This document shows positions 1-14,456 of a stretch of 64,000 bases of DNA, one piece after another. A program made the position numbers and the translations under genes. Each line of letters starts with the position of its first letter. Positions within the stretch are counted from its first letter, which is position 1. Below the pieces are notes generated by a model. It searched no databases, was not told where the DNA came from, and was given only the letters and a program-made list of their open reading frames with translations. The DNA is from Eledone cirrhosa (taxonomy: Eukaryota): positions 223,014,001 through 223,078,000 of the forward strand of contig OZ024740.1 in the NCBI GenBank assembly GCA_964016885.1. The letters are read 5' to 3'.

Positions 1-556
1 GTGGAAAATTGGCTGTATTAATTCATATGAGATATATCAAATATATCTCTTCCCAGATCGTTTCATTAAAAGATTCCTACAAGTCAGGTGAAATTATACC
101 AATTGATGTAGAAGCTTGTATAAGATCAACAGATACTTATTCAAGTGGGCTCTTATAATTCTTCAGTGGGTGCCCAATAATATTAATATTGATAATCAAA
201 TCAACATCAATATTTAGCGATAATCACCATCAGTGCTTGAAGTAGCTGTTAGGTTGCTAGCCCAGCAGTTCTAAAGAAATTCTCATACTACCTCAAAAAA
301 CGAGGAAGGAGAATTACCGCCAAAAAACGATACATGCGCAGGACAATGAATCCTAAAAGGAATTCAAGCCATGTGCTAGAACTCAATTGGAATTTGAAAA
401 ATTACCCATATGTGTACATCATTTGATGACACACAGATATTTTCTCGGGCAAAAGAAGAGAATGAGATACAAGAAACAATCAATATTCATATACAAAAAT
501 AAACAAAGAGAGTCAAACATCATATCGGGAAGTTCATATCCGTTGCTCCAAGAGTA
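1..556 (-). mobile_element. 3' end / pseudo-LTR remnant of a Penelope-like element
   Basis: Minus strand reads ...SNGYELP..., resembling the PLE C-terminal G-x-x-LP motif. A 3' UTR with a hammerhead motif follows. Abuts a (TA)n tract. Confidence 0.5.
52..170 (-). ncRNA. Type I hammerhead ribozyme motif
   Basis: Minus strand: CCCA-CTGAAGA-ATTATAAGA...TCTTTTAAT-GAAA-CGA-TC-TGGG. Stem I is CCCA/TGGG and stem II is long. Confidence 0.6.
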
Positions 557-1279
<723 letters not shown>

Positions 1280-1340
1280 ATATATATATATATTTATGTA
1301 TATATATATATATGTATATATATGTATATATATGTATATA

Positions 1341-1420
<80 letters not shown>

Positions 1421-1592
1421 ACTGTTTCTACTTTAGGCACAATGCCAGCAATTACCCAGTTCATTACTGGTACTTTATTTTATCGACCCCGTAAGGATGA
1501 AAGGCAAAGTCAACCTCGGCGGGATTTGAACTCAGATCGTAAAGGGATGTAACTCTGCTGGAAAGCATGGCGTCCGACCCTCTACCGACGGC
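1421..1592 (-). mobile_element. tRNA-derived SINE. Other copies: ~10760-10920 +, 12043-12215 +, 30946-31131 -, 62624-62812 +; decayed at 11210-11545 and 27950-28110
   Basis: Shared B-box-like GAGTTCAAATCCC and the core CTTTGCCTTTCATCCTTACGGGGTCGATAAAAT across copies. Confidence 0.8.
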
Positions 1593-1641
1593 GATGAATT
1601 AGTTTTGCGAGGTTTTTATATGAAATCGTGTGTCGAAACAA

Positions 1642-4600
1642 ATATTGTTATAATCGGGGAGTGTCATATTTGTGTAATATTGACAGAATTAATAACAGAA
1701 CACACTCAATGTCTGGTTGGTTTTCGCTTTTCGCTTCTGTGTCTTTTATATCGGTTAATTTAATTTATTCCGTCCTCAATGTTGCCAACGGTCAAAAATA
1801 CAGATACAATATAGACACAAACACATATATATAGTTTATCAAAGTTCTTTCGTTGAACATCTGCAACATCGTCAGTGGTGCTATTGTTTCCTCCCGTTGC
1901 ATTGTATTTACTACGCCATCTTTATTCAGTCTGTTTATATATTTATTTATTTGTTTATTTTTTTGTCTTCTTTGCGCATGCGTTTGCGTGTGTGTATAGC
2001 GTTTTGTTTGATGTGTGTTCGTGATTGGGTTAATGTATTCTATCTTTACTAGTATGCGTTTATATGTGTTTGTTGTTATTGTGCTTGTGTATTTATTTAT
2101 TTATTTAATTATCTATTTATTTATTTATTTATTTATTTATACTTATCTTAGGTCAGTGTTGTTTGTTTGGGTGTTGTTGTTATTCCATTCATTTTTTTCT
2201 GTTTAGCCTTGGCCTTCTAAGTTCTATTTCACTGGCCTCTCTGATTTGCCTATCTGCTGGGTCATTTCTATGTATAGATATTATTCTAATTTCCATGTTG
2301 TCTATGTTACCGTCGTGTTGATATCTGGCATGTTTTGTCTTCTTTGCGCATGCGTTTGCGTGTGTGTATAGTGTTTTGTTTGATGTTGTATGGGCTCCGC
2401 AAAGACCACAAGACAGTCGACGACCCGACAACAGGACCACCAACAAGACCCGTATGCGGAGCAAATACAACTAGCAACTACAGCATCTCCTACTTCCTCT
2501 CAATGGTTATACGCCCCATAATCAAGATGTCCCCAGATGTATGTGACAGTACAGAGGACCTCCTCATCAGAATCAGTGAGTGCAACAAAAGCAGGAACTT
2601 ATCCAACCGCATAATAGGCAGCATGAATGTGGTATGACTGTACCCATCCATTAACATTGATTTTGCTGTGGAAAAATGTGTGGAGATGATCATTGAGAGG
2701 GAGGTGGAGTTCTGCGACGTCGACACAGACGAACTGGGCCTCCTACTTAGACTTACCTACGACACTGACTACCTAGACAGCCATGACCTTAGACGTTTCT
2801 GCCCCAGTAGACCCATAAGAGGTAGACCACCCCCCACCATAAACTCAATGGCTAAAGAGACTCCCATGGGAAGGTGGATTGGGTGGACAAAAGCTATACG
2901 GACCCCCTAAAACAATGTTCAGGTAAGAAAAATGGTCGCACATACAATAGGGGATAGTATCAAAACTACCCTAAAGGGCCACATATTCAAGTTCAACGAG
3001 AAGGTCTACACCCAAAATGAAGGAGCAGCCATTGGCGTCAGCATAGCTGGTGACGTTGCCAACCTTTTTATGGTATGGTGGGAAAGGAGACTTAAATATC
3101 TCCTTAATGAGAGCTCCATATACCTCATCATGTACTCTCGTTACGTAGACGATATCAATATAGTTATAAGAACATCTCCACAAGAGAGCACTAACAAGTT
3201 TGATTTAGAACGTAGCACAATGGAAAGCATCCAGCAGATAGCTAATTCCATACACAAGAGTATAACTGTAACTATCGCCTACCCTTCCAAACACCCTAAC
3301 AATAGACTACCTGTGTTAGACACGGAACTCTGGATTAACACTATAGACGAGAGAGCCCAAATTCTCCACTCACCCTATGCTAAACCCATGGCCTCTAAAT
3401 ACCTGATACTCAAAATCTCAGCCATGTTCAGTAGTGCTAAGTTTAATATTCTGATCGCAGACTTGGTACGAGTGATGAAGATCGTGTCCCGCATGTGCGA
3501 CCCAACAGAAATGGAAAGACACATCCAACACTTCATCAACCGCATGCAGTTCTCTGGCTACAACCAAAGAGACAGAATTAGAGTATACGAAGGAGCCACG
3601 GAAAAGTATAAGACCCTCATAGAACTGGACATGAAAGGAATTTGCCCATTATACAGGAGCAATCATGGAATAGCTTAGATAGGGCTAGACATAAGATAGG
3701 GAAAGCCACCTCATGGTACGACAAGCAGAGATACCAGAGTGTCATGTTTGTGGACGCTACCCCTGGAGAGAAATTAGCTAACCAGTGTAGAAAGGCCCTG
3801 ATAAAGACCCACTTAAAGATTAAGGTGGTAGAAAAACCAGGAACCACCATAAAACCCCTGATCAGCAAAACCTACCCTTTTAAGAAAACCCACTGTACCA
3901 ATAGGAAATGTATCATATGTAAGGTAGCCCCCCGGATAAACTGTAAAACTAGAAACGTAGTCTATAGCATAAGATGTACAGAGAGTTCTTGCCGAAACAT
4001 GACAACAACATACATAGGTGAGACAGCTCGTAGCATAGGTGAAAGGATAGACCATCAGTGGGGGGAACTAAAAGGACGAAAAAACGGGTCAGTACTATAC
4101 GAACATGCCAGACAACACGACGGTAACATAGACAACATAGAAATTAAAATAATATCTAAACATACAAATGACCCAGCAGATAGGCAAATCAGAGAGGCCA
4201 GTGAAATAGAACTTAGAAGGCCAAGGCTAAACAGAAAAAATGAATGGAATAACAACAATAGCCAAACAAACAACACTGACCTAAGAGAAGTATAAATAAA
4301 TAAATAGATAAATAAATAAATAAATAAATACATACACATGCACAATAACAACAAACACATATAAACACACACTAGTAATGATAGAATACATTAACCAATA
4401 CACAGTCACCCAATCACGAACACCCATCAAACAAATCGCTATACACACACGCAAACGCATGCGCAAAGAAGACACAAAAATAAACAAATAAATAAATATA
4501 TAAACAGACTAAATAAAGATGGCGTAGAAAATACAGTGCAACGGGAGGAAACAATAGCACCACTGACGATGTTGCAGATGTTCAACGAAACAACGTTGAT

Positions 4601-4806
4601 AAACTATATATATGTGTTTGTGTCTATATTGTATCTGTATTTTTGACCGTTGGTCAGTCAATGGCAACATTGAGAACCGAATAAATTAAATTAACCGATA
4701 TAAAAGACACAGAAGCGAAAATTGAAAACCAACCAAACACTGAGTGTGTTCTGTTATTAATTCTGGCAATATTACACAAATATGACCCTCTCCAAGTATA
4801 ACAATA
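1642..4806 (+). mobile_element. 5'-truncated Penelope-like element with an inverted copy of its 3' end
   Basis: 1642-2334 is the reverse complement of ~4102-4806. An RT-GIY-YIG coding region lies between them. Ends in (TA)n. Confidence 0.9.
2385..4295 (+). pseudogene. PLE reverse transcriptase + GIY-YIG endonuclease, disrupted
   Basis: Motifs LYGLRKDHK, NVV*LYPSI, QNEGAAIG, YSRYVDD, LPVLD, Cys linker CTNRKCIIC, and NVVYSIRC...YIGET.R...R. In-frame stops at ~2635 and ~2908; frameshift near 3650. Confidence 0.9.
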
Positions 4807-5007
4807 TATATATATATATGTATATATAAGTATGTATACGTACATACATATATGTATACAGACGTACAGTAGTATGTATATCTATATATATATACATACC
4901 TGCACACATACATATATGTACGTATGGATTCACCGAACATTCATTATAATGCTCGGTGTGTTTGTAAACAAACATCCCGAATTACGCCGGACATCATTGT
5001 TTATTTG

Positions 5008-5093
5008 TTCAACACTGACAAATGAACGCTGTACTAGTTTACAAGCTTATTAGCTATCGTCACCAACGTATACCTTCCTGCCAGATGGTTGAA
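5008..5093 (-). ncRNA. Hammerhead ribozyme, family B (mutated core)
   Basis: Minus strand: ACGTTG-GTGACGA-TAGCT AATA AGCTT-GTAAA-CTAG-TA-CAGCGT. Confidence 0.6.
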
Positions 5094-5596
5094 CGTCTGA
5101 AAGTATTTACTTTCCTTATGCATATTAACGGCTGAGCAGCCTAATTTGCATATCGAGTGCGTTAATCGGCCGGGTACCGAAAACGATAAACGGAAAAATT
5201 GAAACGAAATTTCATTTCTCACTCTTAGTACGGCTGTTACTTAAATATAAGTATGTATACCTACATACATATATGTATACAGACGTACAGTAGTATGTAT
5301 ATATATATATATATATACATACATGCACACATATATATATGTACGTATGGATTCACCGAACATTTATTATAATGCTCGGTGTGTTTATATACATACTACT
5401 GTACGTCTGTATACATATATGTATGTACGTATACATACTTATATTTAAGTAACGGCCGTACTAAGAGTGACAAATGAAATTTCGTTTCATTTTTTCCGTT
5501 TATCGTTTTCGGTACCCCGGCCGATTAACTCACTCGATATGCAAATTAGGCTGCTCAGCCGTTAATATGCATAAGGAAAGTAAATACTTTCAGACG

Positions 5597-5681
5597 TTCA
5601 ACCATCTGGCAGGAAGGTATACGTTGCTGACAATAGCTAATAAGCTTGAAACTAGTACAACGTTCCTTTGTCAGAGTTGAA
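5597..5681 (+). ncRNA. Hammerhead ribozyme, family B (G8>A in this copy)
   Basis: ACGTTG-CTGACAA(5627)-TAGCT AATA AGCTT-GAAA(5648)-CTAG-TA-CAACGT. Extended stem I closes with TTCAAC/GTTGAA. Confidence 0.7.
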
Positions 5682-5806
5682 CAAACGAGCAACGATGGTT
5701 GCTAGACACTGTCCGGCTTAATTCGGGACGTTTGTTTACAGACACACCCGAGCATTATAATAAATGTTCGGTGAATCCATACGTATATATATATATATAT
5801 GTGCGC

Positions 5807-5862
<56 letters not shown>

Positions 5863-5985
5863 TACTGTACGTCTGTATACATATATGTATGTAAGTATAC
5901 ATACTTATATTTAAGTAACAGCCGTACTCAGATTGAGAAATTAAATTTCGTTTCATTTTTTTCCGTTTACATATGTATATATACA

Positions 5986-6045
<60 letters not shown>

Positions 6046-6046
<1 letters not shown>

Positions 6047-6385
6047 GTGTTCTGGCGCGACTGAGTGCGAACCGAGGAGATGCTGCGGAGAGTCGTGTCG
6101 TGGACGCTACAGAGAGTGGTCACAGAGCGTCGGTGCCGTCTGGCTGGCCATATTCTGCGTTTGCCAAATGAACGGCATTCGAAAACAGCGATGAACTGGA
6201 CTCCGCCTGGCGTTAAATGGAGGCGGGTTTGCCCAAGGATCACCTGGTGACAAACGTCCTGGAAGGGCTTGATGACAGTCAACATCACCTGACATGGTCT
6301 AGAATAAGTTGCCGCTGATCGCAACCGATGGCGAGAACTCACTGCTCTATGCGCCGAACAGCGCGGAAGAATCCAAGACTAAGAT
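6046..6385 (+). mobile_element. RTE-type LINE 3' fragment
   Basis: RRCRLAGHILRLPNERHSKTAMNWTP..RRVCPRITW resembles the RTE C-terminus. Confidence 0.75.
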
Positions 6386-6431
<46 letters not shown>

Positions 6432-6477
6432 AAATATGTATATATATATATATATGTATATATGTGTGTGTATATAT

Positions 6478-7480
6478 CAAGACCGGCTGCCCATGGGAAC
6501 TCCTATATGCAGATGATCTAACGCTCATAGCTGAATCAATGGCTGAACTAGAAAAGAAATTCCAAACATGGAAGCATGGCCTAGAATCAAAAGGCCTTAA
6601 AGTTAACTTGTCTAAGACTAAAGTCCTAGTTTGTAGAAAGGAAAATAAGGCACAGGTACCCTCAGGGAAATGGCCTTGCTCAGTGTGTAGGAAAGGAGTA
6701 GGTAGAAACTCCATTTTATGTCCCAAATGCAAAGTACGGGTACATAAAAGATGTAGTGGGATCACAGGTAAACTATCTGAGAACGCAGACTTTATATGTG
6801 GCCGATGCTCAGGTGCAATAGGTAGCAAATGTCCACAGGATACTAGACCCTTCTATTGCCCAGATGGTTCTATAGAAATAGTAGACACTTTCCGTTACCT
6901 GGGTGACGAAATCAGCAGTGGTGGAGGGTGTTCTGAAAGTACAGTAGCCAGAGTCAGAACAGGAAGGAAAAAGTTCAGAGAACTTATACCACTGTTGGCC
7001 ACAAAAGGTTTCTCTCTAAAAATGAAAGGCAGATTGTATGATGCTTGTATACGAACAGCAATGCTACATGGCAGTGAGACATGGGCATTACGTGCAGAGG
7101 ACCTGCGTAGACTGGAAAGGAACGAAGCATGCATGCTCCGTTGGATGTGTAATAGTAATATACTTGAACGGCAAAGCATAAATGAACTAAGTGAGAAATT
7201 AGGTATAAGAGGGATCAGATGCTGTTTACTCGAGAGAAGACCACGTTGGTATGGCCAGGTGATGCGCATGAAAGACGACAGCTGTATAAAAATCGCAGGG
7301 CGATCAAAATTGATGGTAGTTATGGAGTAGGTAGACCCAGAAAAACCTGGGACGATCTGATAAATTCCGACACACTTGCACCTCGTTAAGACAATGTCAC
7401 TGGACCGAGATCTTTGTCGCTACGCAGTAATACAGAAGACCCGCCTTGCCTATGTACAAAGCGAAACGTACAGTCAGTAG
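6478..7480 (+). pseudogene. RTE LINE RT C-terminal half with Cys-rich PHD-like insert
   Basis: PWELLYADDL, GLKVNLSKTKV, CSVC...C..C...H..C...C..C, FRYLG, MLHGSETW, RWYGQVMRM. Confidence 0.9.
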
Positions 7481-7669
7481 GCACCTCTAAACCAAATAAA
7501 CACCCCAATCCACTACCCAGACCCTATCCTTCCACTCCCACCAACACCACCCTCTCTCTATAAAGTTGGTACCACAACATCCAGTCCAAATAAATGAGAT
7601 AATGAGATCGAGATCGTGTAGGTGTCACGAGAAAAAACACAGTCCTCGCTGTAATGTGGCCGTGTAGAT

Positions 7670-7865
7670 AACACGGTAAACATTTTCCAGTTCCATACTG
7701 TAAATGTGGTTGGTGTTAGGAAGGGCATCCAGCCGTAGAAAACCTGCCAGATAGTCCTATATGAGCGAGACATGGTCACCCGACCAACCTTGCCTCAAAT
7801 GGGACAACTCCCGTCTAACCTATGCTAGCGTGGAAAATGGACGTTAAACGAAGATGATGATGATC
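7670..7865 (+). mobile_element. RTE 3' tail / RTE-related SINE with (GAT)n end. Further copies at ~8420-8605, 9705-9830, 12835-13040, 20005-20300, 38070-38212, 41020-41060, 42160-42380, 58920-59130
   Basis: Recurrent GTGGTTGGTGTTAGGAAGGGCATCCAGC...GCTAGCATGGAAAA..GACGTTAAA(GAT)n. Confidence 0.75.
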
Positions 7866-7889
7866 ATGCTGATGATATGTGTGTATATA

Positions 7890-8200
7890 GAGGTACAGTG
7901 GGAATTTCTGAAAGCTAACCTGCTGAAGGCGACCGATGAAATCTGTTTCTGGAGCAGACCTATAGGCAGGAGGAGAGTAACTTGGTGGTGGAATAGTAAG
8001 GTGGAGGAGTCAATCAAGGTCAAAAAGCAGGCTTGGATATATGGCGGGATGGGGGAAGTAAAGAAAACTATCAAGTGGCCAGGAGGGAATCTAAGGGACA
8101 AGTGTACTTCGCGAGAAGGGAAGCAGAGGAAAGAAAGTTGAAGCATGTTCTACAACGCGAGGACCAAAAATGTGAGTTGTTCAGGATTTTCAAATCATCC
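7890..8200 (+). mobile_element. RTE LINE internal fragment
   Basis: WEFLKANLLKATDEIC...RVTWWWNSKVEESIK. Confidence 0.75.
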
Positions 8201-8944
8201 ACACTTATAATAATTGAGATTGTGGGGAGTGAAGAGGTCTGTATAGCCGTGCAGTAGACAAGACAATATCTCTGGAGTTGATGTCATAAAATGTACCCAG
8301 TACACTCTATAAAGTTGTTGACAATCAAACATAGACAATGTAGGACTGAGAGGAAGGACTCTTTCATTTTGTCAAGTAGACAGCAACCTTGTAAGTATTG
8401 ATGCTATAAAAAAATGCGCTCAGTACACTCAGTAAAGTGGTTGGTGTCAGGAACGGCATCTAGTCATGAAAACCTTGCCAAAATTAAAATGTATGGGCAC
8501 CAAGAGTATAGGACATTAGTAACTCCAAATAAGAGCAGACAGAGATTTTAATGATCCATCCAGTATGGAATATGGATATAAATGATGACAATGATGATGA
8601 TGATGTACTGAAGCCTGGGCTACCTTGTTCTCAGGGATTGGAATACTTCACACAAAAGGGGTCACCAGGTCATAGGCTCATAGATTTTTGACTTTCTGTA
8701 TATTTGACTAAAAAACGGTTACAGCTCAAAGTTTTAAGTTCAAACCAAGTTAGATCTATTACTTCTTAACGGAGTAGCAGGGGTCATAAATGAGGAAACT
8801 CAAAAAACAAATTAAGTTTTAATACCTTCAAAAGTCTGTCAGTTTGAAATGTCTGGAATTATAATATCACGGTTCTCATAATATCCATGAATGGGATAGA
8901 AAATTAATCGAAAAAAATCCAATCAGTCATTAATAGCTCTTGTG

Positions 8945-9420
8945 CCAACATTTGAAACCATTATGACACCATTGGCAAAACATATACTCCACTGCACTTG
9001 CTTGTGAGTGAGACATTTGTGATGAACATGGAACAGCAGAGGAGGTTGAAAAGAATGGAAATGTGAATGATCTGTCAGATAAGTGGAGAAAGCAGAAGAC
9101 AAATAGGAGAGAGGAAGAGAAACAATAAATTTCAGACGATGGGAATAGAGCCAGCAATGAATATTGTGAAAAGAAATGGAATGAGATGATTGAGTCGTGT
9201 TTTGATGAACGATGAAAGTGATAGGGTGATGGAAATAAATGTTGAAGGAAGAAGAGGAAGGTAAAGACGAAGAAAAATATGGCATAAGATGATGGAGGAG
9301 AAAATGAAAGACACGGGGTTGCTAAAGTGGATGCAGATGATAGGGCAAATGGCAAAGTTTCTCATGGGACCCATAATGCTAACACTTGCTATAGCAGGGA
9401 AAATGGCCTTTAAACACTTG
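8945..9420 (+). mobile_element. Degenerate RTE 3' fragment; related remnant at ~13310-13665
   Basis: Decayed TWNSR..LKRMEM / RNGMR*LSRVL / RGRG-like RTE C-terminal motifs. Confidence 0.5.
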
Positions 9421-12400
9421 TTGCTGTTGGTGGTGTAGTGATGAAAAAAAGCACTAAGTAAATATATAAAATGTTACACGTTTTTTCCTCCATCATATAA
9501 CTATTTCTAGGTAGCTTTTTAACGATTATTATATCAAATATGTTAACATTAAGTGAGATATTAAATAGTTTTGGAAAAGTAATAAAAACGAGAACGAAGA
9601 CGATTTTTATCATAAATGTTTCCTGATATTTTTAATTACATGGTAACTGAAATTATCTAAAAATTCAATGGCTATGTAGATATTATTAGCAGTGGGTTTG
9701 TTGTTCCATCATCATCATCACTGCTTTAACATCTGTCTTTCCATGCTGGCATAGTTTGGACATGGTTTTCTTAGGCAGTACTCTATGGCTGGATGCCCTT
9801 CTTGATGCTAACCCATGCAGTTTTGTTTTACTTTTTCTATGTAAATATAGAACCTGACGTGCTGAACTGCTAAGCTGCTTGTCTTTCAAATGCTACCACT
9901 GGTGGTGTCAAATGTGAAGGAAGAAGAAAAGACAAACAGATGTGTATGCTCCAATATATATATATATTGCATAGTCTGGAGAGGAAATATGCATTGTTAG
10001 TAGTAAGATCCATAATACATTTCAATTTGGAATGTCTAAATATATTTAATAATAAAATTAAAAGGTGAAACTGTGTGAATTTACTTAATGTTTTATCTCT
10101 GCCGAAAATAATAGAAGGCAGAAGTGTAAAATAAATAAATATATTGAATATATGTATGAAAATATACATTTGAAATTTACAATTATGATAATAATAATAG
10201 CAACAACAATAGAAGCAGAAGCAACAACAGCAACAATAATACTCCTCAATATTCATATTGTCAGAGAAAGGATTTGAAATGTATACAGAGAAAGATAAAT
10301 GGAATTTTGTATGGTACACATTATCCTCAACTTAACTGTAAAACTACAATTATTTTCAATGATTATTTTACATAGCATTGCTTCACTTGAATAGAAGAAG
10401 ACATTATGATGCAATACACCCAGAATTTTTATTTCCCAGATGGAAAAATATTTCCTTTTCAAGGAGAGAAACATTGAGCTTATACTATTTTTCCATTAAC
10501 TATTTGATTCATGATAAAACAGTTCCTTTGTGTTTTCACACTTAAATATTCTAGAAACATCCACAATATTCAAAATATTCCAGCTGAATACAAAAAGGGA
10601 AAATTATCGAAAAACAATATTAGGTTCACATATTCCCAGGAAGGTGTTAAAACTTATGTGCCTAGATTTATTTACAATAGTTGTTAAGAAAATGTGGTTG
10701 GAGATTGTATGGTTAGTTATATTTTTACTTTCTTATATGCTTCGCTACAAAAGACATGAAGGCGGTAAATTGGCAGAGTTGTTAGAATATTGGATAGAAT
10801 GCTTTGTGGTATTTGTTGTGACTCTTTGCTCTCGGAGTTCAAATTCTAATGAGGTCAACTTTATCTTTCATCCTTTTGAGATCAATAAAAGAAGTACCTA
10901 TCTAGTACTGGGGTCAAATTTTCATCTCAATTCTTTATCACTTCCTATCCTTCTCTGGAAGAATTCTGCTGTGTTCAGACCTGAAGAGGAATGGACTCTG
11001 ACAGGCTTAAAATGTCCAAGGAATGCTGTATGGCACCCCTATGACTCCATCGGGAGTTACAGGACCATACCATGCAAAAGGCATGGTAAGAAAGTCATTT
11101 TGCTTTAATCATACATATGACTCATGTGCTCTAAGTTCAAATATTTAGGGTGCCAACATTGCCTTATTTTCTTTCAGAGTCAGTAAAAGAAACTATCAGT
11201 TATCAGTCCAAGGTGGTGGATTGATAGAATTATTAAAGCATCAGATGTGCATTCTGAGTTCAACTTTGCCTTTCGTCCTTTCAGGTATAAAAAAGTAAGG
11301 AGACAACACAGGGCAATGGATTGGTGGATTTTCAGAATGTCAAATGCCTTTTGATATTTGTTCTAGCTCTTTGCATCTTGAGTTTAAATACCTTCAAGAA
11401 CAGCTTTGCATTACATCCTTTTGGGGGTTGGTAAAATAGAGTTCTAATCCAGGATGGTAGATGGGCAGAATCATTAAAGCATTGCAACTGACGCTTTGTT
11501 ATTTTTATTCTAGATCTATACATTCTGAGTCCAAATCCTGCTGTTAGCTATTTGGAAGATAGATTTGGTTTGTTTTATGTTTGGTTTAACAACCCCACTT
11601 GACCTGTAGCTATCTTTAGAAGAATCCACTCTTAAAAACATTCAGATAAGATTTCTGGTTTAAGGATACATCTCTCTCTCCCTCTCACAAGTTTCAAAGG
11701 CCCTAAAAAGTCTCAGCAGCACTGCATTTCCATCCCTGAATAAACAGTGAAGAAACATTACTCATAAAATTATTGTTATTGTTAATATAAAGAGTGGTGC
11801 TCATATGCAGAAATGCTATAAAATAGCATACAAAATAGAGTGAAGAACCTGTGAGAAAGTAAAAGAAGTTACCATTGGCAGCTGATGACAATTTCCTTTT
11901 CCTTGTCAAAGAATCTTCACCCTATTCCATAAGATATTTTATAGTATACCTGTGCATGAACACACCACTTCTTAATATTAACTTTTTCCTCCTGGGTGCT
12001 CTGTAAAAGTCTAAGATATTGGCTACATATAATTGTTATTATTGGCAGAATCGGTAGAGGGTCGGACACCATGCTTTGCAGTATAGAGTTACTCCCCTTT
12101 GCGATCTGAGTTCAAATCCCACCGAGGTTAACTTTGCCTTTCATCATTACGGTGTCGATAAAATAAAGCACCAGCAATGCATTGGAGTATTTTCTGACCT
12201 TGTGCCAAAAGTGGAAATTTTTGGAAGGGTCATGTTGTTCTAATATTGCCCGACAAATATTGTAAAAAACACCATTGTTTGGTTTAGTTTTCGCTTCAGT
12301 ATATTTTTATATTTCTATACATAATTCTGCTGGCAATTAATGTTTATCATTGATTGACCAACAGTTAAAAAATGTAAATATAAATATAGTTTCTCATAAT

Positions 12401-13666
12401 TATTATTATTGTTTTGGCAGACATATAATCAAAGGCAAGCCAGCCATGATAGTTTGTATCCGGGAAAATATTTATTGTCTTGTCTATTTTAAAACAGTAG
12501 AGTGTGCTTGGAAGGAGATTTAGCTGCTCTAACCAGTAAGTCAAACTATTATACATAGCAATTCGAAAATTGACATGAGCTTGTAGTTCACTTCTATCAA
12601 AGAACTCTTGAAGTATTTGGCACTCTACTAGTAGCAACACCATTTAGACAGATTCCTTTAACCAGATCAATAACCTGACAAGCTTTCTAGTGCTGATGTA
12701 ATGATAAAATGCCCTCAAAAAGTAGTTGGCATTAGGAAAGGCATGTAGCTTTAGAAATCATGCTAAAAGAGTAGAGAAGACTAAGACTCTTCCATTGCAT
12801 CAAAGACACAACTACGTTTGTGCTGGCACCACCACCATAAAATGCACCCAGTAAACTTTGTAAAGTTGTTAGTATTAGGAAGGGCATCCAGCTTTTGAAA
12901 TCACACCACAGCTGGGACATATCTGAGTGAGACATGATCTCTGGCCCATCTAGAAGGATAATGGCTCCAATTAAGTTCACCTAATGAGAGCATGGAAAAG
13001 GGAACTGATAACGTTGCTAATGATCATGATTATGATGATAAAACATTTTTTCAGTTGAATGATCAAAATATTCCTCATTAGTTTGTGCAAAAGAATTCAT
13101 TAAAATGAACTTAATTGTTATTATTATGCTGCAGTACAGAATTTGTCACCTTATTTCTCTCTATATATCTCTCTCTCCCCTCTCCTCCTCATTATTATCA
13201 TTTTTATGTTCAATATGTTTCCATATGTTTTACAAGATTCTATGATATTTATTTCCTCAGTATTATATCAGTTGAAGTTATGAATATGGAGCAGCAAATA
13301 AGGCTGGCGAATTGAACTGAGAAGATTGATTTAGTGGATGAGTAGACTATCCCTCAGAGAATGGAAGACAAACAAGAAATTGCAGAAGATGGTGGGATTA
13401 GAACCACTGATGTATGATATGAAGAGAAATGGAATGAGATGTCTGGGTCATGTATTGAGGAATGAAGAAATTAATGGGTCAGAGGAATGTGGAAAATGAA
13501 TACAGAAGAAATTAGAGGAAGAGGGCGATCAAGAAAGATATGGCTAAAGATGAGGGAGGACGAATGAAAACCCGAGAGTTGGCAAAGGAAAATTTAGAAG
13601 ATATGGCAAAATAGAGATGCCTGTTATGGGTCTTGCAAGGCTAACACCTGATTTAGCAAGGAAAAT

Positions 13667-13766
<100 letters not shown>

Positions 13767-13831
13767 TATATATAAACATATATACATATATATATATACA
13801 CATATATATACATATATATATATACATATAC

Positions 13832-14107
13832 ACTGCCAAATCAACTTTTCAAATACAAGTCGATGTTGAACGGTATGTCAAATCTATTTATTTATAAAAC
13901 TGTCTATATTGTATTTTGTCTGAAGAAGGCATAACATATTGTTAATATGATATCCCTGAAATATATATAATGAAATAAATATGGTTTTATAAATATAGTT
14001 TCCATTGATTTAATATCGTAAATATACTCCAAATACTTGTTGAGTGCTTTTATATCAGTTATAAATATTTACTAGTTGTAACCCAACAATTTAAATATAA
14101 CTTTCCA
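13832..14107 (+). mobile_element. Solo PLE pseudo-LTR with hammerhead (13891-13993) between (TA)n tracts
   Basis: CTGAAGA(13920)...GAAA(13958)TATATATA ATGAAAT. Homologous to 844-1238 and 60080-60240. Confidence 0.8.
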
Positions 14108-14118
14108 TGTATATATAC

Positions 14119-14149
<31 letters not shown>

Positions 14150-14236
14150 CATATATATATACATATATATATATATACATATATAGATATACATATATAT
14201 ATATACTTATATATATATATAGATGTATATTATATA

Positions 14237-14296
<60 letters not shown>

Positions 14297-14326
14297 CACA
14301 TATATATACATATATATATATGTGTA

Positions 14327-14362
<36 letters not shown>

Positions 14363-14393
14363 CACATATATATATACACACATATATATATAT

Positions 14394-14456
<63 letters not shown>

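Larger units (their letters stand above)
4812..5975. mobile_element. ~420-bp hammerhead-containing repeat (retrozyme-like family B): about 1.3 units, then an inverted ~1.3 units
   Basis: ATATAAGTATGTATAC recurs at ~4824 and ~5245. 5386-5975 is the inverted copy. Each arm has a hammerhead. Flanked by (TA)n. Confidence 0.75.

Noticed and set aside
2635-2637. In-frame TGA as selenocysteine, as in Naiad PLEs
   Set aside because: It falls at the Ser/Ala position of the DVxSLY motif. The ORF also has a TAA stop and a frameshift, and the EN is C-terminal rather than Naiad-type.
4555-4610. Hammerhead in the first PLE's pLTR (CTGACGA..GTTG/CAAC-GAAA; mirror at ~1835-1885)
   Set aside because: The core is suggestive, but stem I and the cleavage triplet do not pair convincingly in either copy; not called.
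10530-11108. 192-aa ORF
   Set aside because: It overlaps a SINE copy and has no recognisable domain; likely a chance ORF.
12043-12125. tRNA gene
   Set aside because: The A/B-box-like head continues into the SINE body; no complete cloverleaf.
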